A stretch of DNA of 64,000 bases from an uncultured Chloroflexia bacterium (GTDB lineage: Bacteria > Chloroflexota > Limnocylindria > QHBO01). Below are positions 1-10,322 of the stretch, in pieces (position 1 is the first letter of the stretch; each line of letters opens with the position of its first letter). The stretch covers positions 28,233-92,232 of the forward strand of contig CAWEPF010000002.1 of NCBI GenBank assembly GCA_963810925.1. Reading direction: 5' to 3'. The position numbers and the translations under genes are program-made. The notes below the pieces were generated by a model. It was not told the DNA's origin, ran no database searches, and saw nothing but the letters and a program-made list of their open reading frames with translations.

Positions 1-302
1 GACTGGTGGTCAACGCATCAGGCGTGGGCGCGGGCGCGGACGAGAGCCCGCTCCCCGCTGAGCTGCTGCCGGACGAGCTGTTCGTCCTGGATCTTGTCCT
101 GGCCCGCGACGAGACACCGCTCCTGCGGGAAGCGGCCAGGCGCGGCGGAACGGTGGCCAACGGGCAGGCCTCGTTCCTGGTGGCGCAGTCGGCGGCCTTC
201 GAGCTGTGGAACGGGGCGCCCGCACCGGCGGACGTCATGCGAACCGCCCTAGCCGCTCACCTGGGCCTCCCCGATGAGGGGCTCGCCGTCGTCGGCGACT
301 GA
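1..302 (+). CDS. aroE: shikimate dehydrogenase, C-terminal part (5' end lies outside window)
   Basis: ORF 6..302 is open to the window edge and reads ...TVANGQASFLVAQSAAFELWNGAPAP..., the conserved C-terminal segment of AroE. Confidence 0.65.
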   Translation, partial: LVVNASGVGAGADESPLPAELLPDELFVLDLVLARDETPLLREAARRGGTVANGQASFLVAQSAAFELWNGAPAPADVMRTALAAHLGLPDEGLAVVGD

Positions 303-322
303 GCCGGGCGGTCGCGGGCGGA

Positions 323-904
323 GTGATGTTCTACACGTCGGGCTGGGTGCACGTCATCTGTGGCTGCATGTTCTGCGGCAAGACCGACGAGATGCTCCGC
401 CTCCTGCGCCGCTTCACCATCGCCGGCCGCGAGGTCGTGCTGGTCAAGCCGCGGGCCGACACCCGGACCGACGAGGAAACGGTGATCTCGCGGTCCGGCG
501 CCCAGCACCGGGCGGTGGCGGTCAACACCTCGGCCGACATCGAGGGCGTGGTGGGGACGGCCGACATCGTGGCCATCGAGGAGGGCCAGTTCTGGGATGA
601 CGGACTGACCGAGGTGGTCGGGCGCCTGGCGACCGGTGGCCGCCAGGTCCTCGTCACCGGCCTGGACCAGGACTACCGCGGTGACCCGTTCGGACCGATG
701 CCAGCGCTCATGGCGCTGGCCGACCAGGTCACCAAGCTGACCGCCATCTGCATGGTGTGCGGCGAGCCCGCGACGCGAACCCAGCGCCTGATCGACGGGA
801 AGCCGGCGCCCGCGGATTCCCCATTGATCATGGTCGGCGGGATGGGCGATGAGAAATACGAGGCCCGCTGCCGCCTCCACCACGAGGTGCCCGCCGCGGG
901 CTGA
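323..904 (+). CDS. tdk: thymidine kinase
   Basis: 193 aa. P-loop GCMFCGKTDEM, VAIEEGQFW segment, and C-terminal Cys/His zinc motif CMVCG...ARCRLHH typical of type II thymidine kinases. Confidence 0.85.
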   Translation: MMFYTSGWVHVICGCMFCGKTDEMLRLLRRFTIAGREVVLVKPRADTRTDEETVISRSGAQHRAVAVNTSADIEGVVGTADIVAIEEGQFWDDGLTEVVGRLATGGRQVLVTGLDQDYRGDPFGPMPALMALADQVTKLTAICMVCGEPATRTQRLIDGKPAPADSPLIMVGGMGDEKYEARCRLHHEVPAAG

Positions 905-969
905 GGGGCTCGACGAGTGCGCAGCGAGCTGCCGCTCCGGGCATAGAATCCGGCGGAGGAGGAACAGCC

Positions 970-1527
970 ATGGCGAAGCCCACGCTGCTCGTTGTTGATG
1001 TCCAAAAAGCTTGGGATGACCCCGTGCTCGGGCAGCGGAATAACGATCCCAGCGCTGAAGAAAACGTCGCCAGGCTCCTGAACGCGTGGCGCACGGCCGA
1101 AGCACCGATCATCCACGTCCGGCATCGCGAGACACATCCGGACTGGCCGCTGCTGCACGAGGGCAACCCCGGGTTCGAGTTCATGGATGAGGCCATGCCG
1201 CAGGAAGGGGAGCCCGTGCTCACGAAGGAGGTGAATTCCGCCTTCATCGGCACGGATCTCGAGGAGCGGCTGCGCGGTACCGGCGCGACGACCGTGGTGG
1301 TCGCCGCGTTCACCACCGACCACTGTGGTTCGACAACGGTTCGGATGGCCGGCAATCTCGGGTTTGAGACGTGGTACGTGGGAGATGCGTGCTCGACCTA
1401 CGACCGCGAGGGTCCCGACGGTGAGGTCTTTCCCGCGGAGCTCATCCATCGGACCGCGCTCGCCAGCGTGCATGGCGAGTTCGCGGACGTCATCACCACC
1501 AACGAGGCGATCAAGCGCCTGGGGTAG
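970..1527 (+). CDS. isochorismatase-family cysteine hydrolase
   Basis: 185 aa. LLVVDVQ N-terminus, K-x3-SAF and TDHCG (catalytic Cys) motifs of the isochorismatase/nicotinamidase-like family. Confidence 0.7.
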   Translation: MAKPTLLVVDVQKAWDDPVLGQRNNDPSAEENVARLLNAWRTAEAPIIHVRHRETHPDWPLLHEGNPGFEFMDEAMPQEGEPVLTKEVNSAFIGTDLEERLRGTGATTVVVAAFTTDHCGSTTVRMAGNLGFETWYVGDACSTYDREGPDGEVFPAELIHRTALASVHGEFADVITTNEAIKRLG

Positions 1528-1543
1528 TGCGCTGGGCAATTGC

Positions 1544-1631
1544 TGGCGGAGGGGGTGGGATTCGAACCCACGGAGGCTTGCACCTCAGCGGTTTTCAAGA
1601 CCGCCGCATTCGTCCGCTCTGCCACCCCTCC
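1544..1631 (-). tRNA. tRNA-Ser (anticodon TGA), encoded CCA
   Basis: Reverse complement is GGAGGGGTGGCAGAGCGGACGAATGCGGCGGTCTTGAAAACCGCTGAGGTGCAAGCCTCCGTGGGTTCGAATCCCACCCCCTCCGCCA. 7-bp acceptor stem, anticodon stem GCGGT/ACCGC with loop CTTGAAA, long variable arm, T-loop GGTTCGAATCC. Confidence 0.9.
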
Positions 1632-1638
1632 GCGGTGA

Positions 1639-2915
1639 TTATCCGCCGATGGAATCGGCTCCGAAGTGCGGGCGCAGGGCCTCCGGAATGGCCACCGAGC
1701 CATCGGGCTGGAGGTGGTTCTCCAGGAGCGCCGCGATGGTCCGGGCGAGGGCCACGCCCGAGCCGTTCAGGGTGTGGACGAGCTCGGGCTTGGCATCGGC
1801 GGCTGATCGGTAGCGGACGTTCATGCGCCGCGCCTGGAAATCGGTGTAGTTGGAGCACGAGCTGATCTCGAGCCACTTCCCGACGCCCGGGCGCCCACGC
1901 CTCGAGGTCGTAGCCGCGGGCCTGGGCGAAGCCCACGTCCCCGGTGCAGCGCTCGACCGTGCGATACGGCAGCTCGAGGGCCTGGAGCACGGCCTCCGCG
2001 TCGGCGGTCAGTGTCTCCAGCTCGGCGTCCGAGGTCTCGGGGGTGACGAACTTCACGAGCTCGACCTTGTCGAACTGGTGGACGCGAAGCAGGCCACGGG
2101 TGTCCTTCCCGGCAGCCCCGGCCTCGCGGCGGAAGCACGGGGTGTAGGCGGCGTACCGAATGGGCAGCGCGCTCAGGGCCAGGATCTCGTCGCGGTGGAT
2201 GTTCGTGACCGGCACCTCGGCGGTGGGGGCAAGGTACAGGCCGTCGCGTTCGACCGCGTACATCTGCGCCTCCTTGTCGGGGATCTGGCCGGTGCCGCGA
2301 GCCGAGTCCTCGTTGACGAGGATCGGCGGCCAGACCTCGGTGTAGCCGCGCTGGGTCGCCATGTCGAGGAACAGACCGATGAGCGCGCGCACGAGGCGCG
2401 CGCCGGTGCCGGTGTACAGGACGAAGCCGGTGCCGGCGATCTTGGCCCCGCGCTCGAGGTCGAACAGGTTCAGGCGCGCGCCGATCTCCCAGTGCGGCGG
2501 CCGATCCCCGGCAGGCAGCGGCTCGCCCCACGAGCGAACGACCGGGTTGTCCTCGGGGCCGGCGCCGTCGGGTACCTCGTCGCGCGGCGGGTTGGGAACC
2601 AGGAGCAGGTCCGCCTCGAGCTCCGCTTCCACGAAGGCGAGCTGCGAATCGAGCGCGGCAATCTGGTCACCCAGCGAGCCGAGCGACGCCTTGCGGGCCT
2701 CCGCCTCGTCGGTCTTGCCGGCGCGGACCAGCTCCCCCACTTCCTTGCTGCCCGCGTTTCGCTCGTGCTTCGCGGCGTCGGCCGCGGCGAGGACCTCGCG
2801 CCGTCGCCCGTCGTTGGCGAGCAGGCGGTCGATGACCTCGGGGACCTTCGCCCTTGCGGGCGATGGCCGCCTTCACGGCGTCCGGATCGTCGCGGATGGC
2901 CTGGATCGAGATCAC
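1639..2915 (-). CDS. serS: seryl-tRNA synthetase (frame interrupted twice as sequenced)
   Basis: Three pieces join into a ~425 aa SerS: an N-terminus [22 protein letters not shown], a core in ORF 1595..2740 (...[11 protein letters not shown]...), and a C-terminus in ORF 1639..1824 (MNVRYR...[17 protein letters not shown]). Joining requires 1-nt frame changes near ~2845 and ~1888. The GTG start overlaps the lysK stop (GTGA). Confidence 0.85.
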
Positions 2916-4529
2916 GACGCGTCTCCCGCGGCCCGGAGCCGCTCCACCACGAAGGGCCGATCGAGCGAGGCGAGCAGCCAGCCGGCCCGTGGGCCGGAGG
3001 TGCGCCCCAGGAACGCAGCGTACAGGGCGGCGAAGGCGGCGCCCGCCGCGATCCCGCGCTCCTTGGCCGTGGCGAAGATGACCGACTGGACGCCCTCCCC
3101 CACCCATTCGGTGGCGGCCAGGGCGCCCAGGGCTTCGGCCAACGCGGCGCAATACGCGCGCTGGTCCGGAGCCAGGTCCGCGACCGCGTCCGGCAGCGCG
3201 TCGCGCTGGACTTCGATCCGCGCGTCGGGCGGGGCGTACGCGTCGAGCCAGGCGTGGGCCGCGCGCGTCCGCTCGTCCACGATCACCAGCTCGCGCTCGG
3301 ACAGCGCGGACCCCTTCTCGGCGGTCACCCGTTCCATGACGTCGATCCCAGGGAGCTGGGCGAGCAGCGCGAGGTGGCCAAACGCCGGTCTGATAGGCCT
3401 CCGCTTCGGCGGCGGCGTCCGCTTCGGGGTCAACCAGTGATGCGGCGAAGATCCGGTCGGCATCGGCGGGCAGCTCGCCTCGGACGGGGCGACCGGCGGT
3501 CGCCGCCGCCAATCGGTCGAACTCGTCCATGTGGCGCGGGATGGCATCGGTCCCGATCGGGTCGAACTCGAACGAGACGTTGGGCCGGTGGCGGACGAAC
3601 AACAGGCGCAGCTCGTTGGGCGGGACGACGGCCGCGATCTCGTGGGCGGGGACCCCGGTCCCACGCGAAGTGCTCATCCGCTTGCCGCCCACGTTGATGA
3701 ACTCGTACTGGACGTTGATCGGCGGCTCGCGATGGTAGACCTGGCGAGCGATCGCATCGGATCGGTCCCGTGAGCCGCCGGCCGTCGCGAGGTCCTTCCC
3801 GCAGCCTTCGAGGGTGATCCCGAACAGGCTCCACTTGGCCGCCCAGTCCACGTTGAACGGGAGCTTGGCCCGTCCGCCGAACGGGGCAACTCGGCCGGAG
3901 AAGCCACAGCCGGTCGCCCAGGTCACGAGGTCCGCCCGGCACTCGTACGACACCGTCTCGCCATTCCAGTCGGTGGCCAGGGTGGTACCGACGCGGCCGC
4001 AGTTCTCGCAGATGACCGAGAGCGGCAGCCAACCGGGCTCCTTCTCGACCCGGCTCACCTCGCGGTAGATGGTCCGCACCGTCTCGGCGTTGTCCAGTGC
4101 GGCGCGGATCAAGGGGTCCATGGCGCCCGAGCCGTACACCTCGCTCATCCAGTACAGCTCGGGCCGGATGCCGAGCGGCTCGAAGGTGCCCAGGAACAGG
4201 CTGCCCACGAAGTGCCGCGCGTAGCTGTCCGCGGGCGACCCATCCGGGGCCGGTACGTGGGCCAGGGGAACGCCCATGTACCGATCCACTGCGTCGGGGG
4301 TCAGGAGCGCCTGGGCGTCCATGGGGTCCAGGTCGTCCACCCCGTACAGGAAGCGGGCCGGGATCTCGGCGCGGCGCATGGCGCGGTAGATCTCGTCGTG
4401 GATGACCGGACCCCGGAGGCTCCCGACGTGGACGGTACCCGAGGGCGTCTTGGAGTCGTTGATGACCTGCGGCGTCGCCGCGCCCGATGCTTCGGCCGCC
4501 CTGGCCGCGATCTCGTCGGCCCAGAACAC
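2912..4529 (-). CDS. lysK: class I lysyl-tRNA synthetase (one frame interruption as sequenced)
   Basis: KTPSGTVHVGSLRG (HIGH-type) and GGKRMSTSRG (KMSKS-type) motifs of class I LysRS in ORF 2667..4529. The C-terminal ~170 aa (RPAFGHLALLAQ...FATAKERG...) continue in ORF 2912..3664 after a shift near ~3389. Confidence 0.8.
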
Positions 4530-4540
4530 GGCGGTCCGCG

Positions 4541-5011
4541 CTACTTGATGCTGACCAGCGTGTAGGTCATGGCCCCGGCCGGTGCCTGGACCGTGACCGT
4601 GTCCCCCTTCTTGTGGCCCATGAGCGCGACGCCCACCGGCGACTCGTTGCTGATCCGGCCATCGCGGGGCGCGGCCTCGGCGGAGCCCACGATGGTGAAG
4701 GTCTCCTTGCCATCCGCGCCGGTGATGACGACGGTGGAGCCGATCCGGACCTTGTCGCCGTTCTGGTGCTCGATGACCTCGGCGTTCTTCAGTTGCGCTT
4801 CGATGGTCGCGATCCGGCCTTCCAGGAACGACTGCTCCTGTTTGGCGTCCTCGTACTCGGCGTTCTCGGAGATGTCGCCGTCCAGCTTGGCGTCGTGAAT
4901 GCGCGCCGCCACGCGGGGGCGCTCCTCGGTGATGAGGTGCCGCAGCTCCACGTTGAGGCGCTCGACGCCTTCGGGCGTCAGGTACACGGGCTTGTTGTTC
5001 ATGAGTGTCAA
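4541..5011 (-). CDS. greA: transcription elongation factor GreA
   Basis: 156 aa. Coiled-coil N-domain with ...GDISENAEYEDAKQEQ... and a C-terminal FKBP-like domain; full-length GreA pattern. Lies 11 nt upstream of lysK on the same strand. Confidence 0.9.
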   Translation of the reverse strand: MTLMNNKPVYLTPEGVERLNVELRHLITEERPRVAARIHDAKLDGDISENAEYEDAKQEQSFLEGRIATIEAQLKNAEVIEHQNGDKVRIGSTVVITGADGKETFTIVGSAEAAPRDGRISNESPVGVALMGHKKGDTVTVQAPAGAMTYTLVSIK

Positions 5012-5073
5012 GGCGGTCTTTCGGTCTCAGCGGTATCGGATCTGGGGATCCGCGTCAGCGCGGCCGTCCCGAT

Positions 5074-5098
5074 AACAAAAAAGCCCCAGCTCCCGGGG
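5074..5098 (-). terminator. intrinsic terminator downstream of uppP
   Basis: The minus strand reads CCCCGG-GAG-CTGGGG followed by CTTTTTTGTT. That is a 6-bp GC stem (one G.U pair), a 3-nt loop and a U-tract, ~90 nt after the uppP stop. Confidence 0.55.
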
Positions 5099-5184
5099 TT
5101 CGGGAAACTGGCTCGGTGGTCGGCGGATTGTAGGCGTGAGGTGGTCCGGTGTCAAAGAACCGACGGGCTTCCGAAGGGGCCCGG

Positions 5185-6030
5185 TCAGTGCCCCATCGCC
5201 ACGAAGACGACCACCACCGCGGCGAGGATGATCCGCTCGAGACTGAACACCGCCAGCGACCGGGTCCGGAGCCAGTTCAGGAGGAACCGGATGGACAGCC
5301 AGCCCGACACGGCAGCCACTACGAGGCCGACCAGCATGGCGACGAGCTGCTCGCTCGGTAGCGCGGCGGTGAGCAGGTGACGGGCGCCGTACAGGCCGGC
5401 ACCCAGGGTGATCGGGGTGGCCAGGAGGAAGCTGAAGCGGGCCGCTGATTCGCGGTCGAGGCCCAGGAACAGCCCCGTGGCAATGGTCGCTCCGGAACGG
5501 CTGATGCCGGGGAGCAGGGCCGCCGCCTGCGAGAAGCCAATGGTCAGCGCGCGCGGCAGATCCACGCCAGCGAGGTCCCGGTTGCGGCGACCCAGCCGGT
5601 CGGCAACCCACAGGACGGTGGCCCCGATGACCAGGAACGCGGCGATGGCCAGGTGGGCCGAACTGGTATTGGAATGGAAGGCCTCCGCAATGAGGTCCTC
5701 GCCGACGAAGCCGATGACGGCCGCGGGGACGGTGGCCAGGGCAAGGAACCAGGCGAGGCGCCGGTCGGGGTCATCCCCGATCCGCCGGTCACGCAGGCTG
5801 GCAAGACCGGCCCTGATGAGGCGCCACCAGTCGCTCCCGAAGTAGGCCAGCAGGGCGACCAGCGTCCCCAGGTGCAGGAACACGTCGAACTCGAGGCTGC
5901 CGACCAGCGGCGAGTCCTCCCAGCCGAACAGCCACGGGGCCAGCGCCAGGTGCGCAGACGAGCTGATCGGTATGAACTCGGTCAGGCCCTGGATCAGACC
6001 GATGACCGCCGCCTGGAAGGCCAGCTCCAT
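5185..6030 (-). CDS. uppP: undecaprenyl-diphosphate phosphatase
   Basis: 281 aa polytopic protein with EFIPISSSAHL and PGISRSGATI motifs of UppP/BacA. Confidence 0.9.
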   Translation of the reverse strand: MELAFQAAVIGLIQGLTEFIPISSSAHLALAPWLFGWEDSPLVGSLEFDVFLHLGTLVALLAYFGSDWWRLIRAGLASLRDRRIGDDPDRRLAWFLALATVPAAVIGFVGEDLIAEAFHSNTSSAHLAIAAFLVIGATVLWVADRLGRRNRDLAGVDLPRALTIGFSQAAALLPGISRSGATIATGLFLGLDRESAARFSFLLATPITLGAGLYGARHLLTAALPSEQLVAMLVGLVVAAVSGWLSIRFLLNWLRTRSLAVFSLERIILAAVVVVFVAMGH

Positions 6031-6045
6031 CAGTCTGTCGTTCGG

Positions 6046-8265
6046 CTATCGGATGTACAGCGGAGCCAGCACCAGGGTGATGGTCGCCAGCAGCTTGACG
6101 AGGACGTGGAGCGACGGGCCGGCGGTGTCCTTGAACGGGTCGCCGACGGTGTCACCAACGACGGCTGCGGCATGGGCCGGTGTCTTCTTGCCGATGACGT
6201 TGCCGTCCTCGTCCTTCAGGTTGCCGGACTCGATGTACTTCTTCGCGTTGTCCCACGCCCCGCCGCCGTTGTTCAGGACGGTGGCCAGCAGGACCCCGGC
6301 GATGGTCCCGACCATCAGGAAGCCGGCGACCGCCTCCGCGCCGAGGAGCAGGCCAACCGCGATGGGTGTCGCGACGGCGACCATGCCCGGCAGGATCATC
6401 TGGCGCAGGGCGGCGGCGGTGGTGATGTCCACGACGCGCGCGTAGTCCGGCCGCTGCGTGTAATCCATGATCCCCGGCATCTCCCGGAACTGGCGCCGGA
6501 CCTCGACGATGATCGACTGCGCGGTGGTGCCCACCGCCCGGATCGCGAGCGAGCTGAAGAAGTAGACCAGCATCGCGCCGATCAGGGCGGCGATGAACAC
6601 GCTGACGTCGGCGAGGTTCACCGAGGTCAGCAGCGCGGCGCCCGGGACGTCGGCGACGATCCGCCGGGCCTCGATGAGGTTCACCTTGTCGATGTACGCG
6701 CTGAACAGCAGGAACGCCGCGAGGCTTGCGGAGGCGATGGCGTACCCCTTGGTCAGCGCCTTGGTGGTGTTGCCGACCGCGTCGAGGCGGTCGGTGATCT
6801 CCCGCGCGCCGCCCTCGGCATGCGCGAACTCGGCGATCCCACCGGCGTTATCGGTAATCGGTCCGAAGGTGTCCATGGCCAGGATGTAGGCGGTCGTCAT
6901 GAGCATGCCCATGGTGGCCACCGCGGTCCCGAAGATGCCCCCCACGTCGTGGCCGGCCTCATTGACGAGCCCTGCCTGGGATCCGAGCCAGTGGCTCAGG
7001 AACAGGGCGATGGAGATGGTGATGGCCGTGACCGCCGTCGTCTCGAAGCCCACCGCCGTGCCGCTGATGATGTTCGTGGCCGGCCCTGTCCTGCTGGCCT
7101 GTGCGATCTCGCGGACTGGGCGGTAGCCCCCCGCGGTGTAGTACTGGGTGATGTACACGAAGGCCACGCTCGTCGCCAGGCCGACGACACCGGCGAAGAA
7201 GAACCACACCCATGCCGGCAGGCCGCCGGCGGCGGTCTCGGTGCCGGTGTTCATCATGGTCGAGGTGACGAACGCCAGGGCGACAACCGAGAGGGCGGTG
7301 GTCACCCAGTAGCCGCGGTTCAGCATGTTCATCGGATCCTCGGTCTCCTTCCCGCGCACGAAGAAGATCGCGATGATGGTCGCCAGCAGGCCGAAGGCAC
7401 GGACGACGAGCGGGAAGAAGATCCACGACTCCGGGTTCGGCCACCCCGAGGCCGCCGCGATGGCGTACACGCCCACCCCCAGGATCATGGCCCCGATGTT
7501 CTCGGCGGCGGTCGACTCGAACAGGTCGGCCCCACGACCCGCGCAGTCACCCACGTTGTCCCCCACCAGGTCGGCGATGACGCCGGCGTTGCGCGGGTCA
7601 TCCTCCGGAATCCCGGCCTCGACCTTGCCCACCAGGTCCGACCCCACGTCCGCGGCCTTGGTATAGATCCCGCCGCCCAGCTGGGCAAAGAGCGCCACGA
7701 AGCTGGCGCCGAATCCAAAGCCCACGATCAGGAACGGGGCCACGGCCGGGTTCGTGAACCCGCCATACGCGACGAAGATGCCCCACACCCCGAGCAGCGA
7801 CAGGGCGACGACGAGGAACCCGGACACGGCCCCGCCACGCATCGCCACCTGGACCGCGCCGACGAGGCTGTGCTGGGCGGCCGCGGCGGTCCGCACGTTC
7901 GACTTCACGCTGATGTACATGCCAATGACGCCCGACGCCATGGAGCACAGGGCGCCCACGAGGAAGGCGACGCCGGTCATGATCCCCAGCTGGTAGCCGA
8001 AGACATCGGTATCCGCCACCTCCTGGGTCTCGACCAGGCCGATGACCAAACCGATGATCACCGCCCCCACGACCGCCAGGACGAGGATGGTCAGGTACTG
8101 GCGCCGGATGAACGCGACCGCCCCCTCGAGGATGGTGCCCGCCACGTCCCGCATGGCGTCCGTGCCCGTGTCGCGGCTCAGGACGTCCCGGGCGAGGTAG
8201 ACGGCGAACAGGACGGCCGTCAGGCCGGCGACCGGAATCACCCACGTGATGGGCTGAATCTCCAT
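6046..8265 (-). CDS. hppA: membrane-bound proton-translocating pyrophosphatase
   Basis: ORF 6046..8406. The internal ATG at 8265 (MEIQPITWV...) is preceded by GGAGGA. The ~739 aa protein carries GGGIYTKAADVGSDLVGK, DNVGDCAGRGADLFES and DNAGGIAEF motifs of H+-PPase. Confidence 0.9.
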   Translation of the reverse strand: MEIQPITWVIPVAGLTAVLFAVYLARDVLSRDTGTDAMRDVAGTILEGAVAFIRRQYLTILVLAVVGAVIIGLVIGLVETQEVADTDVFGYQLGIMTGVAFLVGALCSMASGVIGMYISVKSNVRTAAAAQHSLVGAVQVAMRGGAVSGFLVVALSLLGVWGIFVAYGGFTNPAVAPFLIVGFGFGASFVALFAQLGGGIYTKAADVGSDLVGKVEAGIPEDDPRNAGVIADLVGDNVGDCAGRGADLFESTAAENIGAMILGVGVYAIAAASGWPNPESWIFFPLVVRAFGLLATIIAIFFVRGKETEDPMNMLNRGYWVTTALSVVALAFVTSTMMNTGTETAAGGLPAWVWFFFAGVVGLATSVAFVYITQYYTAGGYRPVREIAQASRTGPATNIISGTAVGFETTAVTAITISIALFLSHWLGSQAGLVNEAGHDVGGIFGTAVATMGMLMTTAYILAMDTFGPITDNAGGIAEFAHAEGGAREITDRLDAVGNTTKALTKGYAIASASLAAFLLFSAYIDKVNLIEARRIVADVPGAALLTSVNLADVSVFIAALIGAMLVYFFSSLAIRAVGTTAQSIIVEVRRQFREMPGIMDYTQRPDYARVVDITTAAALRQMILPGMVAVATPIAVGLLLGAEAVAGFLMVGTIAGVLLATVLNNGGGAWDNAKKYIESGNLKDEDGNVIGKKTPAHAAAVVGDTVGDPFKDTAGPSLHVLVKLLATITLVLAPLYIR

Positions 8266-8413
8266 GAATCCTCCGAGGGGTTGGGCGTCGGCGCGCGGGG
8301 CGCACGAAAACGGGCGGGACACATACGAAACGCCGGCAGAGGTGCGCGTTCGCACGATCCGCCAGCGAGGCGCCTCATGGTAGCGCCAGCCCGTCCGAAG
8401 GGTCAACCGCGCT

Positions 8414-9130
8414 ATGCTTCCGCCCGTTTTGACCTACGTGCAGCCGGCCGAAGAACCCCCTGCAGACGAACCGTCCGCGGCGCGCCGAGGTTCGGGCTGC
8501 CTCCTCGAGATCGTCGAGACGGTCGTCCTGACGGCGGTCATCTACCTGCTCATCCACAACTTCGTGGCCCAGCCGTTCGAGGTGGAGCAGAACTCGATGG
8601 TGACCACCATCGAGCCGCAGGACTACGTCCTCATCGACAAGCTCTCGCCCCATTGGAGCGACTACCAGCGAGGCGACATCGTCGTCTTCCAGCCGCCTCC
8701 GGGCTACGAGCAGGGCGGGGTGCCGTTCATCAAGCGGGTCATCGGCCTGCCCGGGGAGACGATCTCCCTCGAAAACGGCGCCGTGTTCGTGACCCCGGTC
8801 GGCGGGGTCCCGACCCGCATCGACGAGCCATACGTGGTCACCGGGCCAGACGGCCAACGGGCGGCGACGCTCCCCCGGGACGCGCAGGGAACGTCGTCCT
8901 GGGAGGTCAAGCCCGGGACCTATTTCATGATGGGCGACAACCGGCCGGACAGCCAGGACTCGCGCTTCTTTGGGGCCGTGGACCGCGACCTGATCGTGGG
9001 TCGCGCGTTCGTGCGCTACTTCCCATTGGACCGGATCACGATCTTCCATCGACCCGAGTATCCCGAGCTCGAGAGCGCCGGGGCGGGGCTGCCCGCGACC
9101 GCCGGATGGCCCGCTAGGATGGCGCCATGA
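8414..9130 (+). CDS. lepB: signal peptidase I
   Basis: 238 aa. N-terminal TM, NSM(V)TT Ser box, GDIVVF, FIKRVIGLPGE (Lys box), and GDNRPDSQDSRFFG motifs of S26 peptidases. Confidence 0.85.
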   Translation: MLPPVLTYVQPAEEPPADEPSAARRGSGCLLEIVETVVLTAVIYLLIHNFVAQPFEVEQNSMVTTIEPQDYVLIDKLSPHWSDYQRGDIVVFQPPPGYEQGGVPFIKRVIGLPGETISLENGAVFVTPVGGVPTRIDEPYVVTGPDGQRAATLPRDAQGTSSWEVKPGTYFMMGDNRPDSQDSRFFGAVDRDLIVGRAFVRYFPLDRITIFHRPEYPELESAGAGLPATAGWPARMAP

Positions 9131-9843
9131 GCGGCGCACCGATCATCCTCGTCCCGGGGTTCTGGCTGGGTGCCTGGGCGTGGGACGAGGTCGCGGCGAG
9201 CCTGCGGGCGGATGGGCATGACGTCACGGCCATCACCCTGCCCGGTCTCGAGTCGGTCGACGCCGATCGATCCGCGATCACCTTCGCGGACCACGTGGAC
9301 GCGATCTGCAACGCGGTCCTCGCGGCCGACCGTCCGGTCGTGCTTGCCGTGCACAGCGCGAGTGGGTTCTCCGGGTACGCCGCGAGCGACCGCATTCCCG
9401 AGCGGATCGCGGCCATGGTGTACGTCGATACGGCTCCAGGGATCACGCCGCTGGCGCCCGATTTCGAGGGCGTCGAGAAGCCCATGGTCTGGGCGGAGAT
9501 CGAGGCGGAGGAGAACCTCGAGGGCCTGAGCGAAGCCCAGAAGGAGACGTTCCGCCAGCGGGCCGTACCGGTCCCGGGCAACCTCCTGCGAGACACGGTG
9601 ACGCTGAACAACGACGCCCGGCGCGACATCCCGAGCACCCTGATCTGCACCGGGTTCAGCGCCGATGACTACCAGACCTATGCCAGGGAGCATCCGGACT
9701 GGACGTTCCTGGCCGGCATCCCCGAGCTCCGCAACGCCACCTGGATCGACCTGCCCACCAGCCACTGGCCGATGTGGTCCCGCCCGGCCGAGCTGGCCGC
9801 GATCATCGGCGACGTCGCGGCGGCGCACGGCCCCGCGAACTAA
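9127..9843 (+). CDS. alpha/beta-fold hydrolase
   Basis: 238 aa. IILVPGFWLGAWAW N-terminus, nucleophile-elbow-like VHSASG, and C-terminal SHWPM segment, as in small alpha/beta hydrolases. The start overlaps the lepB stop (ATGA). Confidence 0.6.
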   Translation: MSGAPIILVPGFWLGAWAWDEVAASLRADGHDVTAITLPGLESVDADRSAITFADHVDAICNAVLAADRPVVLAVHSASGFSGYAASDRIPERIAAMVYVDTAPGITPLAPDFEGVEKPMVWAEIEAEENLEGLSEAQKETFRQRAVPVPGNLLRDTVTLNNDARRDIPSTLICTGFSADDYQTYAREHPDWTFLAGIPELRNATWIDLPTSHWPMWSRPAELAAIIGDVAAAHGPAN

Positions 9844-10307
9844 GGGCGGGGCGGCTCCTCGGCCACGATCCAGGCGTCCACGTCCCGCTCGTAGTCGACC
9901 AGCGCGTCTGCGCCGAACCACAGCGCGAGCTCCGCTTCCGCGGTATCGGGCGCGTCGGAGGCGTGAATCAGGTTGCGCAGCCCGCTGATCCCCAGGTCGC
10001 CCCGGATGGTGCCCGGCTCGGCCTGGTTGGGCATGGTCGCGCCCACGAGCTTGCGAACCACGGCAATGGCATCGGGCCCCGTGACCGCGATGGCGGCTAC
10101 CGGCCCCGAAGTGATGAACTCGACCAGTCCGGCGTAGAAGTGCTTGCCGGCGTGGACCGCATAGTGCGTCTCGGCCATCTCGCGGGGGACCCACAGCAGG
10201 CGAAGACCGATGACCTTGAGGCCCTTCCGCTCCAGGCGTCCGACGATCTCCCCCACCAGCCCGCGCTGCACGCCGTCGGGCTTGACCAGGACCAGGGTGC
10301 GTTCCAT
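9840..10307 (-). CDS. ndk: nucleoside-diphosphate kinase
   Basis: 155 aa. ERTLVLVKPDGV, GTIRGD and NLIHASD (catalytic His) motifs. Confidence 0.9.
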   Translation of the reverse strand: MERTLVLVKPDGVQRGLVGEIVGRLERKGLKVIGLRLLWVPREMAETHYAVHAGKHFYAGLVEFITSGPVAAIAVTGPDAIAVVRKLVGATMPNQAEPGTIRGDLGISGLRNLIHASDAPDTAEAELALWFGADALVDYERDVDAWIVAEEPPRP

Positions 10308-10322
10308 GCGGTGGTGGCTCCC

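Noticed and set aside
5653-9117. A 1154-aa ORF on the plus strand, the longest in the track.
   Set aside because: It lies antisense to uppP and hppA, whose translations carry unambiguous family motifs. Its own translation is Arg/Gly/Asp/His-rich low complexity with no motif. This is a typical shadow ORF of a very GC-rich genome.
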